A stretch of DNA of 10,418 nt from Sandaracinaceae bacterium (lineage in GTDB: Bacteria; Myxococcota_A; Polyangia; Polyangiales; Sandaracinaceae): assembly GCA_044220955.1 (NCBI GenBank), contig JBGAQA010000013.1, positions 1-10,418 on the forward strand, in the 5' to 3' direction. The position numbers and the translations under genes are program-made. Below are positions 1-8,055 of the stretch, piece after piece. The notes below the pieces were generated by a model. The model saw nothing but the letters and a program-made list of their open reading frames with translations, was not told where the DNA came from and did no database searches. Each line of letters opens with the position of its first letter. Positions within the stretch are counted from its first letter, which is position 1.

Positions 1-229
1 GGTGGGTCGGGAGCGAGGGAGGGTGATGTCGGTGTGTGGCTTCGGGGTGTCCCGCGGCCCCGGGGGTCTTTTCTTCGCATTTTCGTGGATTGGACGAGGA
101 GCCATCGCGCGAGCCCGCCGGTCGGACGGGGTCGGCGAGTGGCCGCAGACGGGGCCGATCGCCGATGGGCGGTGGGCCGAGATGGAACGAAGGTGCCTGG
201 GCTCGTGGGAGGGCCAGGTGCCGTGACCT

Positions 230-234
230 GGAGG
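230..234 (+). promoter_or_regulatory. Shine-Dalgarno sequence of nrdJ
   Basis: GGAGG at 230-234, 5 nt upstream of the in-frame GTG at 240. Confidence 0.75.
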
Positions 235-239
235 TTGCC

Positions 240-3200
240 GTGTCCGTAGTCAGCCGAAGCGAGAGCCGTGGCGAGAGAGCCGTGGAGAACCGAACCGAAG
301 CGCACGGGAAGCACCGCTCGCTCGACGAGGCCAAGGGCCTGACGTTCGAGCGACGCGTGACGCGCGCGGGCACCGACCCGCTGGACGAGATCAGCTACGA
401 GCTGCGCGACAGCGTCATCACCAACCCTGACGGTTCGGTGGTGTTCGAGATGCGCGGCGCCGAGATCCCCGAGTCGTGGTCGCAGCTCGCGACCGACATC
501 GCGGTCTCCAAGTACTTCCGCAAGGCGGGCGTCAAGGGCGACCAGAAGAGGGCCGAGACCGGCGCGCGCCAGCTCGTCTACCGCGTCGCGCGCACCATCC
601 GCGAGGCGGGCGAGCAGCTCGGTGGCTACTTCGCGACGAAGGAAGACGCCGACACGTTCGAGGCGGAGCTGAGCTACCTGCTCATCACGCAGACGGCGGC
701 CTTCAACTCGCCGGTGTGGTTCAACCTCGGCCTCTTCCAGCGCTACGGGATCGAGGGCCAGGGCGGCAACTGGGCGTACAACCCGAAGAAGGACGACGTG
801 ATCGAGACGGCGAACGCCTACGAGCGCCCGCAGTGCTCGGCGTGCTTCATCCAGTCCGTCGGCGACGACCTGATGAGCATCTACGACCTCGTGAAGACCG
901 AGGCGCGCCTCTTCAAGTACGGCTCGGGCACGGGGACGAACTTCTCGAGCCTGCGCGCCCGGCAGGAGAAGCTGAGCGGGGGCGGGACCTCGTCGGGCCT
1001 CATGAGCTTCCTCGAGGTGCTCGACCGCGCCGCGGGCGCGACCAAGTCGGGCGGCACCACGCGCCGCGCGGCGAAGATGGTCTGCCTCGACATGGACCAC
1101 CCGGAGATCGTCGACTTCATCCAGTGGAAGGTCCGCGAGGAGAAGAAGGCGCGCGCGCTGATCCAGGCGGGCTTCTCGAGCGACTTCAACGGCGAGGCCT
1201 ACCACACGGTCTCGGGCCAGAACTCGAACAACTCGGTCCGTGTGTCCGACGAGTTCATGCGCGCCGTCGAGACGAACGGCGAGTGGCAGACGATCATGCG
1301 CACGACCGGCGAGGTCGTCGAGACGCACAAGGCGCGCGAGCTCTGGCGCATGCTCGCCGACAGCGCGTGGAGCTGCGCAGACCCCGGCGTGCAGTACGAC
1401 AGCACGATCAACGGCTGGCACACGTGCCCGAACACGGATCGCATCAACGCGAGCAATCCGTGCAGCGAGTACATGTTCCTCGACGACACGGCCTGTAACC
1501 TCAGCTCGATCAACCTCGTGAAGTTCCTGGACGCGAAGGGCAAGTTCGACGTCGAGGGCTACCGCCACGCGATCCGGACGATGTTCGTCTCGCAGGAGAT
1601 CCTCGTCGACCACTCGAGCTACCCCACGCGCACCATCGCGAAGAACAGCCACGACTACCGTCCGCTCGGTCTCGGCTACGCGAACCTCGGCACGCTGCTG
1701 ATGCGCCTCGGGATCCCGTACGACTCGGACCTCGGTCGCGCATGGTGCGCCGCGCTCACGTCCATCCTCACCGGCCACGCGTACAAGACGAGCGCCGAGA
1801 TGGCGGCGACGAAGGGCCCCTTCCCGGGCTTCGTGCGCAACCGTCAGCCCTTCCTGCGCGTGATGAACAAGCACCGCGACATGGCGTATGCGATCGACAA
1901 GCCGGGCTTCCCGGGCACGACGGGCCGTGGCGACTCGGGCGCGCCGGACGACGTGCTCGCGGCGGCGCGTCAGGACTGGGACGACGCGATCACGCTCGGC
2001 GAGAAGTACGGCTACCGCAACGCGCAGTCGACCGTGCTCGCGCCCACCGGCACGATCGGTCTGCTCATGGACTGCGACACGACGGGCATCGAGCCCGACT
2101 TCGCGCTCGTGAAGTTCAAGAAGCTCGCGGGCGGCGGCTACTTCAAGATCGTCAACCAGAGCGTCCCGCAGGCGCTCGCCAACCTGAGCTACACGCCGGC
2201 GCAGATCGCCGACATCGTCTCGTTCGTCAGCGGCACGAACACGTTCACGGGCGCGCCCTACCTCTCGCGCGCGATGCTGCTCGAGAAGGGCCTGACCGAG
2301 AGCGAGCTCGCCAAGGCGGAGAAGGCGCTGCCGGGCGTGTTCGACGCGGGCATGGCGCTCGGGCCCTGGGTGATCGGCACGACGGCGTACGAGCGCTTCG
2401 GCATCAAGCCCGAGGCGTACAACAAGCCCGGCTTCAACCTGCTCAAGCACTTCGGCCTCACGGGCAAGCAGCTCGACGAGCTGAACGACGTGGTCATCGG
2501 TCGCATGACGATCGAGGGCGCGCCGCACCTCAAGCAGGAGCACTACGCGGTGTTCGACTGCGCGAACCGCAACGGCAAGCACGGCAAGCGCTTCATCGAG
2601 CCGATGGCGCACGTGCGCATGATGGCGGCCGCGCAGCCCTTCCTCTCGGGCGCGATCAGCAAGACGGTGAACCTGCCGACCGATGCGACCGTCGAGGACG
2701 TCGAGCGCATCTACTACGAGGGCTGGAAGCTCGGCCTCAAGGCCGTCGCGCTCTACCGCGACGGATGCAAGGCGAGCCAGCCGCTCAACGCCGCCTCGTC
2801 GCAGGACGAGGAGAAGGCCGAGAAGGGCGAGAAGCTCGCGGCCAAGACGGCGACGGCGACGCCGGTCGTCGGCGAGCACGTGATCAACCCCGAGGTCATC
2901 CAGGCGCAGCCGCGCGCCAAGACGGTCGAGGGCCTGCGCCCGCCGGCCAGCGTGCGCGTCCGCCTGCCGAAGCGTCGCGGCGGCTTCACGCAGGAGGCGC
3001 GCGTCGCGGGCCACAAGATCTTCCTGCGCACCGGCGAGTACCAGGACGGATCGCTCGGCGAGATCTTCGTCGACATGCACAAGGAGGGCGCGGCCTTCCG
3101 CTCGCTGATGAACTGCTTCGCCATCGCGGTCTCGATGGGGCTGCAGCACGGCGTGCCGCTCTCGGCGTTCGTCGACCAGTTCACGTTCACGCGCTTCGAG

Positions 3201-3626
3201 CCGGGCGGCCCGGTCGAGGGGCACCCGAACGTGAAGTTCGCGACGAGCATCATCGACTACGTGTTCCGCGTGCTCGGGGTCGAGTACCTCAAGCGCTACG
3301 ACTTCGCGCAGGTGCCGCCGGACGAGGTGCAGCTCGAGCTCTCGAACCCGACGGACGCCGACGCGGTGAACAAGATGCCCAGCGGTGGCACGCAGTCGCT
3401 GCCGCCCGACGGCTACACCAAGGCCGAGCAGGTCACGTTCTCGTACGACGGGCGTGGCGGCGAGTCGCGGCAGACGTCGTCCGGCGACAAGAAGAGCGTC
3501 CTCGACCAGCAGCTCGGCGACATGATGGGCGATGCGCCCATGTGCGACGGCTGCGGCCACATCACGGTCCGCAACGGCGCCTGCTACAAGTGCCTGAACT
3601 GCGGCAACTCCATGGGCTGCAGCTGA
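240..3626 (+). CDS. nrdJ: Class II (adenosylcobalamin-dependent) ribonucleotide reductase with fused TSCPD domain and C-terminal Cys4 ribbon, ~1128 aa
   Basis: Class II N-terminal segment ([34 protein letters not shown]); [27 protein letters not shown]; catalytic NPCSE (1455-1469); [31 protein letters not shown]-like [31 protein letters not shown]; terminal [15 protein letters not shown]. Start moved from 36 to GTG 240 because of the GGAGG RBS and the low-complexity translation of 36-239. Confidence 0.96.
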   Translation: MSVVSRSESRGERAVENRTEAHGKHRSLDEAKGLTFERRVTRAGTDPLDEISYELRDSVITNPDGSVVFEMRGAEIPESWSQLATDIAVSKYFRKAGVKGDQKRAETGARQLVYRVARTIREAGEQLGGYFATKEDADTFEAELSYLLITQTAAFNSPVWFNLGLFQRYGIEGQGGNWAYNPKKDDVIETANAYERPQCSACFIQSVGDDLMSIYDLVKTEARLFKYGSGTGTNFSSLRARQEKLSGGGTSSGLMSFLEVLDRAAGATKSGGTTRRAAKMVCLDMDHPEIVDFIQWKVREEKKARALIQAGFSSDFNGEAYHTVSGQNSNNSVRVSDEFMRAVETNGEWQTIMRTTGEVVETHKARELWRMLADSAWSCADPGVQYDSTINGWHTCPNTDRINASNPCSEYMFLDDTACNLSSINLVKFLDAKGKFDVEGYRHAIRTMFVSQEILVDHSSYPTRTIAKNSHDYRPLGLGYANLGTLLMRLGIPYDSDLGRAWCAALTSILTGHAYKTSAEMAATKGPFPGFVRNRQPFLRVMNKHRDMAYAIDKPGFPGTTGRGDSGAPDDVLAAARQDWDDAITLGEKYGYRNAQSTVLAPTGTIGLLMDCDTTGIEPDFALVKFKKLAGGGYFKIVNQSVPQALANLSYTPAQIADIVSFVSGTNTFTGAPYLSRAMLLEKGLTESELAKAEKALPGVFDAGMALGPWVIGTTAYERFGIKPEAYNKPGFNLLKHFGLTGKQLDELNDVVIGRMTIEGAPHLKQEHYAVFDCANRNGKHGKRFIEPMAHVRMMAAAQPFLSGAISKTVNLPTDATVEDVERIYYEGWKLGLKAVALYRDGCKASQPLNAASSQDEEKAEKGEKLAAKTATATPVVGEHVINPEVIQAQPRAKTVEGLRPPASVRVRLPKRRGGFTQEARVAGHKIFLRTGEYQDGSLGEIFVDMHKEGAAFRSLMNCFAIAVSMGLQHGVPLSAFVDQFTFTRFEPGGPVEGHPNVKFATSIIDYVFRVLGVEYLKRYDFAQVPPDEVQLELSNPTDADAVNKMPSGGTQSLPPDGYTKAEQVTFSYDGRGGESRQTSSGDKKSVLDQQLGDMMGDAPMCDGCGHITVRNGACYKCLNCGNSMGCS

Positions 3627-3632
3627 CTTCCC

Positions 3633-3830
3633 CGGGGCGGATGCCCGCCCCGCCCCGTGCCGAGTGAATCGGCCACGGGGCCCCACCCCTACTCCGACTC
3701 GGCTCGCTACCGCTCGCCTCGCGAGGCACACGCGCTCCTCGCGCGCGGCCGCCGGATCGTGCCCGATACTCGGATCGATTTCGGGGCTCCGAGCTCGCCC
3801 CATCGATGAACACGGGCTCGCGCGATCGGT
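3633..3830. repeat. Cluster of consecutive hairpins downstream of nrdJ (REP-like element or structured 3' UTR)
   Basis: CGGGGCGG/CCGCCCCG (3633-3640/3645-3652); GCCCCGTG-CCGA/TCGG-c-CACGGGGC (3652-3681); GGCTCGCTACCGCTCGCC (3701-3718); palindrome GCCTCGCGAGGC (3716-3727); interrupted rod 3751-3830. Confidence 0.55.
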
Positions 3831-3835
3831 GAGGT

Positions 3836-3877
3836 GGGAGGCCTCGGCTCGAAGGGAGCCGGGGCCTTTCGCTTTCC
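3836..3877 (+). terminator. Rho-independent terminator of the nrdJ transcript
   Basis: GGGAGGCCTCGGCTC (3836-3850), loop GAAGG, GAGCCGGGGCCTTTC (3856-3870): 15 pairs including G-U, running into the T-rich tail TTTCGCTTTC. Confidence 0.75.
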
Positions 3878-3891
3878 GTCCCGCGTCGAGC

Positions 3892-3897
3892 CAGACT
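3892..3897 (+). promoter_or_regulatory. Putative -10 element of a leaderless promoter
   Basis: CAGACT 6 nt upstream of GTG 3904; lies just downstream of a terminator, so the gene needs its own promoter; no SD. Confidence 0.45.
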
Positions 3898-3903
3898 CGC
3901 CGC

Positions 3904-4638
3904 GTGGCGTCCATCGTCTGCCCGTCCTGCACGCTGCCCGTGCCGCTCGACGACGTCGATCTCGCGACGAAGCTGGCGAAGTGCCGGCGATGCGAGTCGG
4001 TCTTCGACTTCGGCGCGCAGGTGCGCTCGTCGCAGGAAGAGGCGCGGCGGCGTCGCGAGCTCGTGCCGCCCGCCGGCTACAGGCTGGTGACGGGCGCGCC
4101 GCCGGATGCGTCGCGCGCCGGCTACCGCGACGCGGCCGAGGCGCGCGGGGCCACCATCATCGAGCGCCGGTGGTGGACGTGGCGGAGCCTGTTCCCCTCG
4201 ATCCTGCTCGCCGTCATCGGCGCGTGGAGCCTCGGGATCGGCGTGGCGATCCTCGCCGCCCCGCGGCGCGACGTGGGTGAGCTCGCGATGGCCCTGGTGT
4301 GTGCGACGCCGGGCATGCTCGCGTTCGCGACGCTCGTCACGCGCGTGCTCAACCGGACGCGCATTTTCATCGACGACAGCGGTGTCTGGGTGCGCAGCGG
4401 TCCGGTTCCGGTCCCCTGGCTCGGCCGGGGCCTGGACGGCGTCCGCCCGCGCACGCTGCACGTCACGGCACGCCGGGTGACGATCGCGCCTTCGGACGTG
4501 CCGGTCGTCTACGACGTCGTGGCCGAGACCGCATCGGACCCACGGTACGTGCTCGTCGCGGGCCTGCCGAACGAGGAGGGCGCGCGCTTCGTCGCGCGCG
4601 TCGTGGCCGACCGATTGGGACTCCCGGATCCCGATTGA
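3904..4638 (+). CDS. Hypothetical membrane protein: N-terminal Cys4 zinc ribbon, two TM helices, C-terminal beta-rich (possibly bacterial PH-like) domain, 244 aa
   Basis: From GTG 3904: MASIVCPSC-x17-CRRC; hydrophobic SLFPSILLAVIGAWSLGIGVAILAA and LAMALVCATPGMLAFATLVTRVL; then NRTRIFIDDSGVWVRSGPVP. High GC3 from 3904 onward. The 3664-3903 extension overlaps the hairpins and terminator and is rejected. Confidence 0.8.
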   Translation: MASIVCPSCTLPVPLDDVDLATKLAKCRRCESVFDFGAQVRSSQEEARRRRELVPPAGYRLVTGAPPDASRAGYRDAAEARGATIIERRWWTWRSLFPSILLAVIGAWSLGIGVAILAAPRRDVGELAMALVCATPGMLAFATLVTRVLNRTRIFIDDSGVWVRSGPVPVPWLGRGLDGVRPRTLHVTARRVTIAPSDVPVVYDVVAETASDPRYVLVAGLPNEEGARFVARVVADRLGLPDPD

Positions 4639-4685
4639 AATCGAGCCTCTGCCTATCCTGACAGACTGCTGACGAGGCCGGGCGC

Positions 4686-4691
4686 TATACA
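4686..4691 (+). promoter_or_regulatory. Putative -10 element of a leaderless uvrB promoter
   Basis: TATACA 6 nt upstream of ATG 4698; no SD-like sequence in between or upstream. Confidence 0.5.
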
Positions 4692-4697
4692 CGACCG

Positions 4698-6767
4698 ATG
4701 GCGGCGAGCGAACGATTCGTGCTCTCGACGGCGATGACCCCGAAGGGCGATCAGCCGGCGGCGATCGCGGCGCTCACCAAGGGGCTCGAGAAGGGCGAGC
4801 TCCGGCAGGTGCTGCTCGGCATCACCGGGAGCGGCAAGACCTTCACGATCGCGAACGTCATCCAGAACGTGCAGCGGCCGACGCTGGTGATGGCGCCGAA
4901 CAAGACGCTCGCCGCGCAGCTCTACGAGGAGCTCAAGTCGCTCTTCCCGGACAACGCCGTCGAGTACTTCGTCAGCTACTACGACTACTACCAGCCCGAG
5001 GCCTACGTCCCCTCGAGCGACACGTACATCGAGAAGGACGCGATCGTGAACGAGAAGATCGATCGCATGCGGCACTCCGCGACGCGATCGCTCCTCTCGC
5101 GCCGCGACGTGATCATCGTCGCGAGCGTCTCGTGCATCTACGGCATCGGCTCGCGCGACTCGTACGCGGAGATGCTGATCATCGTGAAGCGCGGCGAGAC
5201 CTTCCGCCGCGACGAGCTGCTCCGGGAGCTCGTGGAGATCCAGTACGATCGCAACGACGTCGACTTCCACCGTGGGACCTTCCGCGTGCGTGGCGACGTC
5301 GTCGAGGTGTTCCCGGTCGGCGAGGAGGACCGCGCCGTCCGCATCGAGTTCTTCGGCGACGAGATCGAGCGCATCAGCGAGATCGACCCGCTCCGCGGCA
5401 AGGTGCTGCGCGAGGTGCCGAGCTACGCGATCTACCCGGGCTCGCACTACGTGACGCCCGAGGAGATGCGGCGGCGCGCGGGCGAGAGCATCAAGACCGA
5501 GCTCCAGAGCCGGCTCGAGCAGCTCTCGAGCGAGATGAAGCTCGTCGAGAAGCAGCGCCTCGAGCAGCGCACGATGTACGACCTCGAGATGCTCGAGCAG
5601 ACCGGCTTCTGCCACGGCATCGAGAACTACTCGCGGCACTTCTCGGGGCGCTCGCAGGGCGAGGCGCCGCCGGTGCTCGTCGACTACTTCCCGCGCGACT
5701 TCTTGCTCGTCCTCGACGAGTCGCACCAGACCGTGCCGCAGATCGCGGCGATGTACCGGGGCGACCGCGCGCGGAAGGAGATCCTGGTCGAGCACGGCTT
5801 CCGCCTGCCGAGCGCGCTCGACAACCGGCCGCTCCAGTTCGAGGAGTTCTGGGAGCGCGTCGGGCAGACGCTCTTCGTCTCGGCGACGCCGGCCGAGTTC
5901 GAGCTCGAGCAGACGCACGGCGAGGTCGTCGAGCAGGTGATCCGGCCGACCGGGCTGCTCGATCCGAGGATCCACGTGAAGCCGGTCGGCACGCAGGTCG
6001 ACGACCTGCTTGGCGAGATCCGCGCGCGCGTGAAGAAGAACGAGCGCGTGCTCGTGACCACGCTGACCAAGCGCATGGCCGAAGATCTGACCGAGTACTA
6101 CGCCGAGCTCGGCGTGAAGGTCCGCTACCTGCACAGCGACGTGGACACGCTCGAGCGGATCGAGATCCTGCGCGACCTGCGCCGGGGCGAGTTCGACGTG
6201 CTCGTCGGGATCAACCTCCTGCGGGAGGGCCTCGACCTGCCGGAGGTCTCTCTCGTCGGCATCCTCGACGCCGACAAGGAGGGGTTCCTGCGCTCGCCGC
6301 GCTCGCTCATCCAGACGATCGGCCGCGCCGCGCGCAACGTGAACGGCGAGGTCATCATGTACGCCGATCGCATCACCGACGCGATGAAGCTCGCGATCAG
6401 CGAGACCGAGCGGCGCCGCACGCTGCAAGCGAAGTACAACGAGGAGCACGGCATCACGCCGGAGTCCACGACGCGCAAGATGAGCGAGCTCGGCGCGGCG
6501 AGCGGCGCGAGCGACTGGTCGCCGATCCCCGGCAAGAGCGACGCGACCGCCGACGTGGACGGCCTCTCGGCCGCGGAGCTCGAGGATCGGATCGAGGAGA
6601 TCCGGAGCGAGATGCTCGTGGCCGCGGAGGCGCTCGAGTTCGAGAAGGCCGCCGAGCTGCGCGACCGGCTGAAGAAGCTCGAGGGCCGCCACGACCGCAG
6701 CAGCGACGTCGTGCCGAGGAAGGCGCCCGCGAAGAAGAGCCGGATGAGCGGCGGCCGCCGGCGCTGA
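4698..6767 (+). CDS. uvrB: Excinuclease ABC subunit B (UvrB), 689 aa
   Basis: P.GDQP.AI; Walker [20 protein letters not shown]; beta-hairpin [60 protein letters not shown]-terminal UVR coiled coil [19 protein letters not shown]. Confidence 0.98.
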   Translation: MAASERFVLSTAMTPKGDQPAAIAALTKGLEKGELRQVLLGITGSGKTFTIANVIQNVQRPTLVMAPNKTLAAQLYEELKSLFPDNAVEYFVSYYDYYQPEAYVPSSDTYIEKDAIVNEKIDRMRHSATRSLLSRRDVIIVASVSCIYGIGSRDSYAEMLIIVKRGETFRRDELLRELVEIQYDRNDVDFHRGTFRVRGDVVEVFPVGEEDRAVRIEFFGDEIERISEIDPLRGKVLREVPSYAIYPGSHYVTPEEMRRRAGESIKTELQSRLEQLSSEMKLVEKQRLEQRTMYDLEMLEQTGFCHGIENYSRHFSGRSQGEAPPVLVDYFPRDFLLVLDESHQTVPQIAAMYRGDRARKEILVEHGFRLPSALDNRPLQFEEFWERVGQTLFVSATPAEFELEQTHGEVVEQVIRPTGLLDPRIHVKPVGTQVDDLLGEIRARVKKNERVLVTTLTKRMAEDLTEYYAELGVKVRYLHSDVDTLERIEILRDLRRGEFDVLVGINLLREGLDLPEVSLVGILDADKEGFLRSPRSLIQTIGRAARNVNGEVIMYADRITDAMKLAISETERRRTLQAKYNEEHGITPESTTRKMSELGAASGASDWSPIPGKSDATADVDGLSAAELEDRIEEIRSEMLVAAEALEFEKAAELRDRLKKLEGRHDRSSDVVPRKAPAKKSRMSGGRRR

Positions 6768-6771
6768 GCGC

Positions 6772-6777
6772 TAGAAT
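6772..6777 (+). promoter_or_regulatory. Putative -10 element of a leaderless promoter
   Basis: TAGAAT (5/6 match to TATAAT) 6 nt upstream of GTG 6784, within the 16-nt gap after the uvrB stop. Confidence 0.6.
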
Positions 6778-6783
6778 CGGGGT

Positions 6784-7931
6784 GTGGTTCTTCGGCGCCT
6801 GCTCCCGGTGCTCGCGCTTGCCGCGTGCGGCTCGCCTGCCCCGTCTTCCGACGCAGGTCCGGCGCGACGCGACGCCAGCGGCGCGTGTACGACGGATGCC
6901 GACGTGCCGCGTCTCGCTGGTCCATGCGATCGCCCCCTCTCGTGGACGCCCGTCGATCTCGGCTCGCTGCAAGCGACTTCGATCGGCGCCGTCTGGGGCT
7001 CGAGCGCGACCGACGTCTGGGTGGGCGCGCAGCCGTCGGATCCGAGCGTGACGCGATTCACGCCTCTGATGCTGCATCCGACGCGAACGGGTGGACGTCC
7101 TCGCGCGTCGACCTCGAACGCGCGCTGACGATCGAAGACCTCTGGGGCACCGGCTCGGACGACGTGTGGGGCGTCGGCTGGGGCACGATCGTGCACTGGG
7201 ATGGAGCCTCGTGGGCGTGGCGGGGTCTCGACTCGTGGCCCACGCCGCCGTACAGCAGCTCCGCGTTTCCGGACCTGACGACGGTGTGGGGATCGTGCTC
7301 GGGCGGCGTGTGGGCCACGAGCACTGGGAGCCACTACATCGGCGACCTGGCGCGCGACACCGGAGTGTTCTTCTTCCACACGGAGGGCGAGACGCTCACG
7401 CATACGACCGCGCTCCAAGCCATCGCCGGACTCGGCGCTTGGTACGTCTGGGGCCAATCGTGGGGATCGGCGGCAACCGATCTCTACGTGGCGGGCTACC
7501 TCCAAGCTCAGAGGGCGGGCACGTCCCCCGATGGCTTCTCGCCCGTGCTCCTCCACTTCGATGGCGAGGCCTGGCAGAGCATCGACTTCACCGCGGGCGA
7601 GCCCGAGACACGGGCGCTGGCGGTGTGGGGGGCGAGCGCCAGCGACGTCTGGGTGGGTGGACAGTCCGGGCTCTACTGGTTCGATGGCGTGACCTGGACC
7701 GCGGTGCTCGCGCCGGGATCCGACCCGATCACGCGCCTCTGGGGCACCGCCACGGACGATGTCTGGTGTGCGCGGGGGGTGCTGCACTGGGACGGGCTCG
7801 CCTGGAGCAGCGTCGATACCGGGCCGAGCGCGGACATGATCCGCTCCGGCTGCGCGGCCGACGCCTGCCATGTGTGGTTGATCGGCGGTGATCGTGTCGC
7901 GCCGCTCCTGCTCGAGGGCGCGCCGAGCTGA
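6784..7931 (+). pseudogene. WG-repeat beta-propeller lipoprotein interrupted by a 1-nt frameshift at ~7077-7080 (pseudogene or sequencing error); ~382 aa if repaired
   Basis: ORF 6784-7128 gives signal peptide and lipobox (MVLRRLLPVLALAA-C) plus the first repeat VWGSSATDVWVG..FTPLMLH. The overlapping frame resumes at GAC 7080 with DANGW..LWGTGSDDVW..HWDGASW, VWGSCSGGVW, SWGSAATDLY..HFDGEAW, VWGASASDVW..WFDGVTW, LWGTATDDVW..HWDGLAW. Confidence 0.8.
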
Positions 7932-7971
7932 CGACTGACCGAGGTGTCTTCGACTCCTCCACACACGCCTG

Positions 7972-8042
7972 CGCGAAGCTGCGGAGCAGCTTCGTGGTCA
8001 TCACCGCGTCGCAGACGCCGCTGACTCACAAAGAGAGCGGCG
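7972..8042 (+). repeat. Three short hairpins, two with C-GNA-G triloops
   Basis: CGAAGCTGC-GGA-GCAGCTTCG (7974-7994); GCGTC-GCA-GACGC (8006-8018); CGCCGCT..CTC-ACAAA-GAG-AGCGGCG (8016-8042). Confidence 0.6.
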
Positions 8043-8055
8043 AGGTTCAACGGTA

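Noticed and set aside
43..82. Terminator-like GC stretch followed by TCTTTTCTT
   Set aside because: Only short, competing stems of 4-6 bp can be drawn, and the upstream context is missing.
36..239. 68-aa N-terminal extension of NrdJ in the ORF track, and ORFs 2-226 and 34-249
   Set aside because: Low-complexity Arg/Gly/Ala translation without codon bias; the strong RBS at 230-234 supports GTG 240.
1..239. Cobalamin riboswitch or NrdR boxes upstream of nrdJ
   Set aside because: No GGGAA..CCCGC.ACTGT..GCCACTG core or B12 box, and no AT-rich acaCwAtATaTwGtg-like palindrome is visible.
240..3626. Intein or intron in nrdJ, a common host gene
   Set aside because: Conserved motifs are contiguous (NPCSE, APTGT, SKTVN), with no C/S...HN-C/S/T splice junctions or LAGLIDADG motifs.
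476..3667. Long alternative-frame ORFs (476-1498, 1742-3667) and antisense ORFs inside nrdJ
   Set aside because: Shadow ORFs caused by high GC3; Arg/Gly/Ala-rich with no recognisable motifs.
3562..4692. 376-aa - strand ORF and the 3664-3903 extension of the membrane protein
   Set aside because: Antisense shadow of the real gene; the extension runs through the hairpin cluster and terminator.
4653..7051. 679-aa antisense ORF and 639-aa alternative-frame ORF over uvrB
   Set aside because: Typical mirror ORFs of a GC-rich, strongly codon-biased gene.
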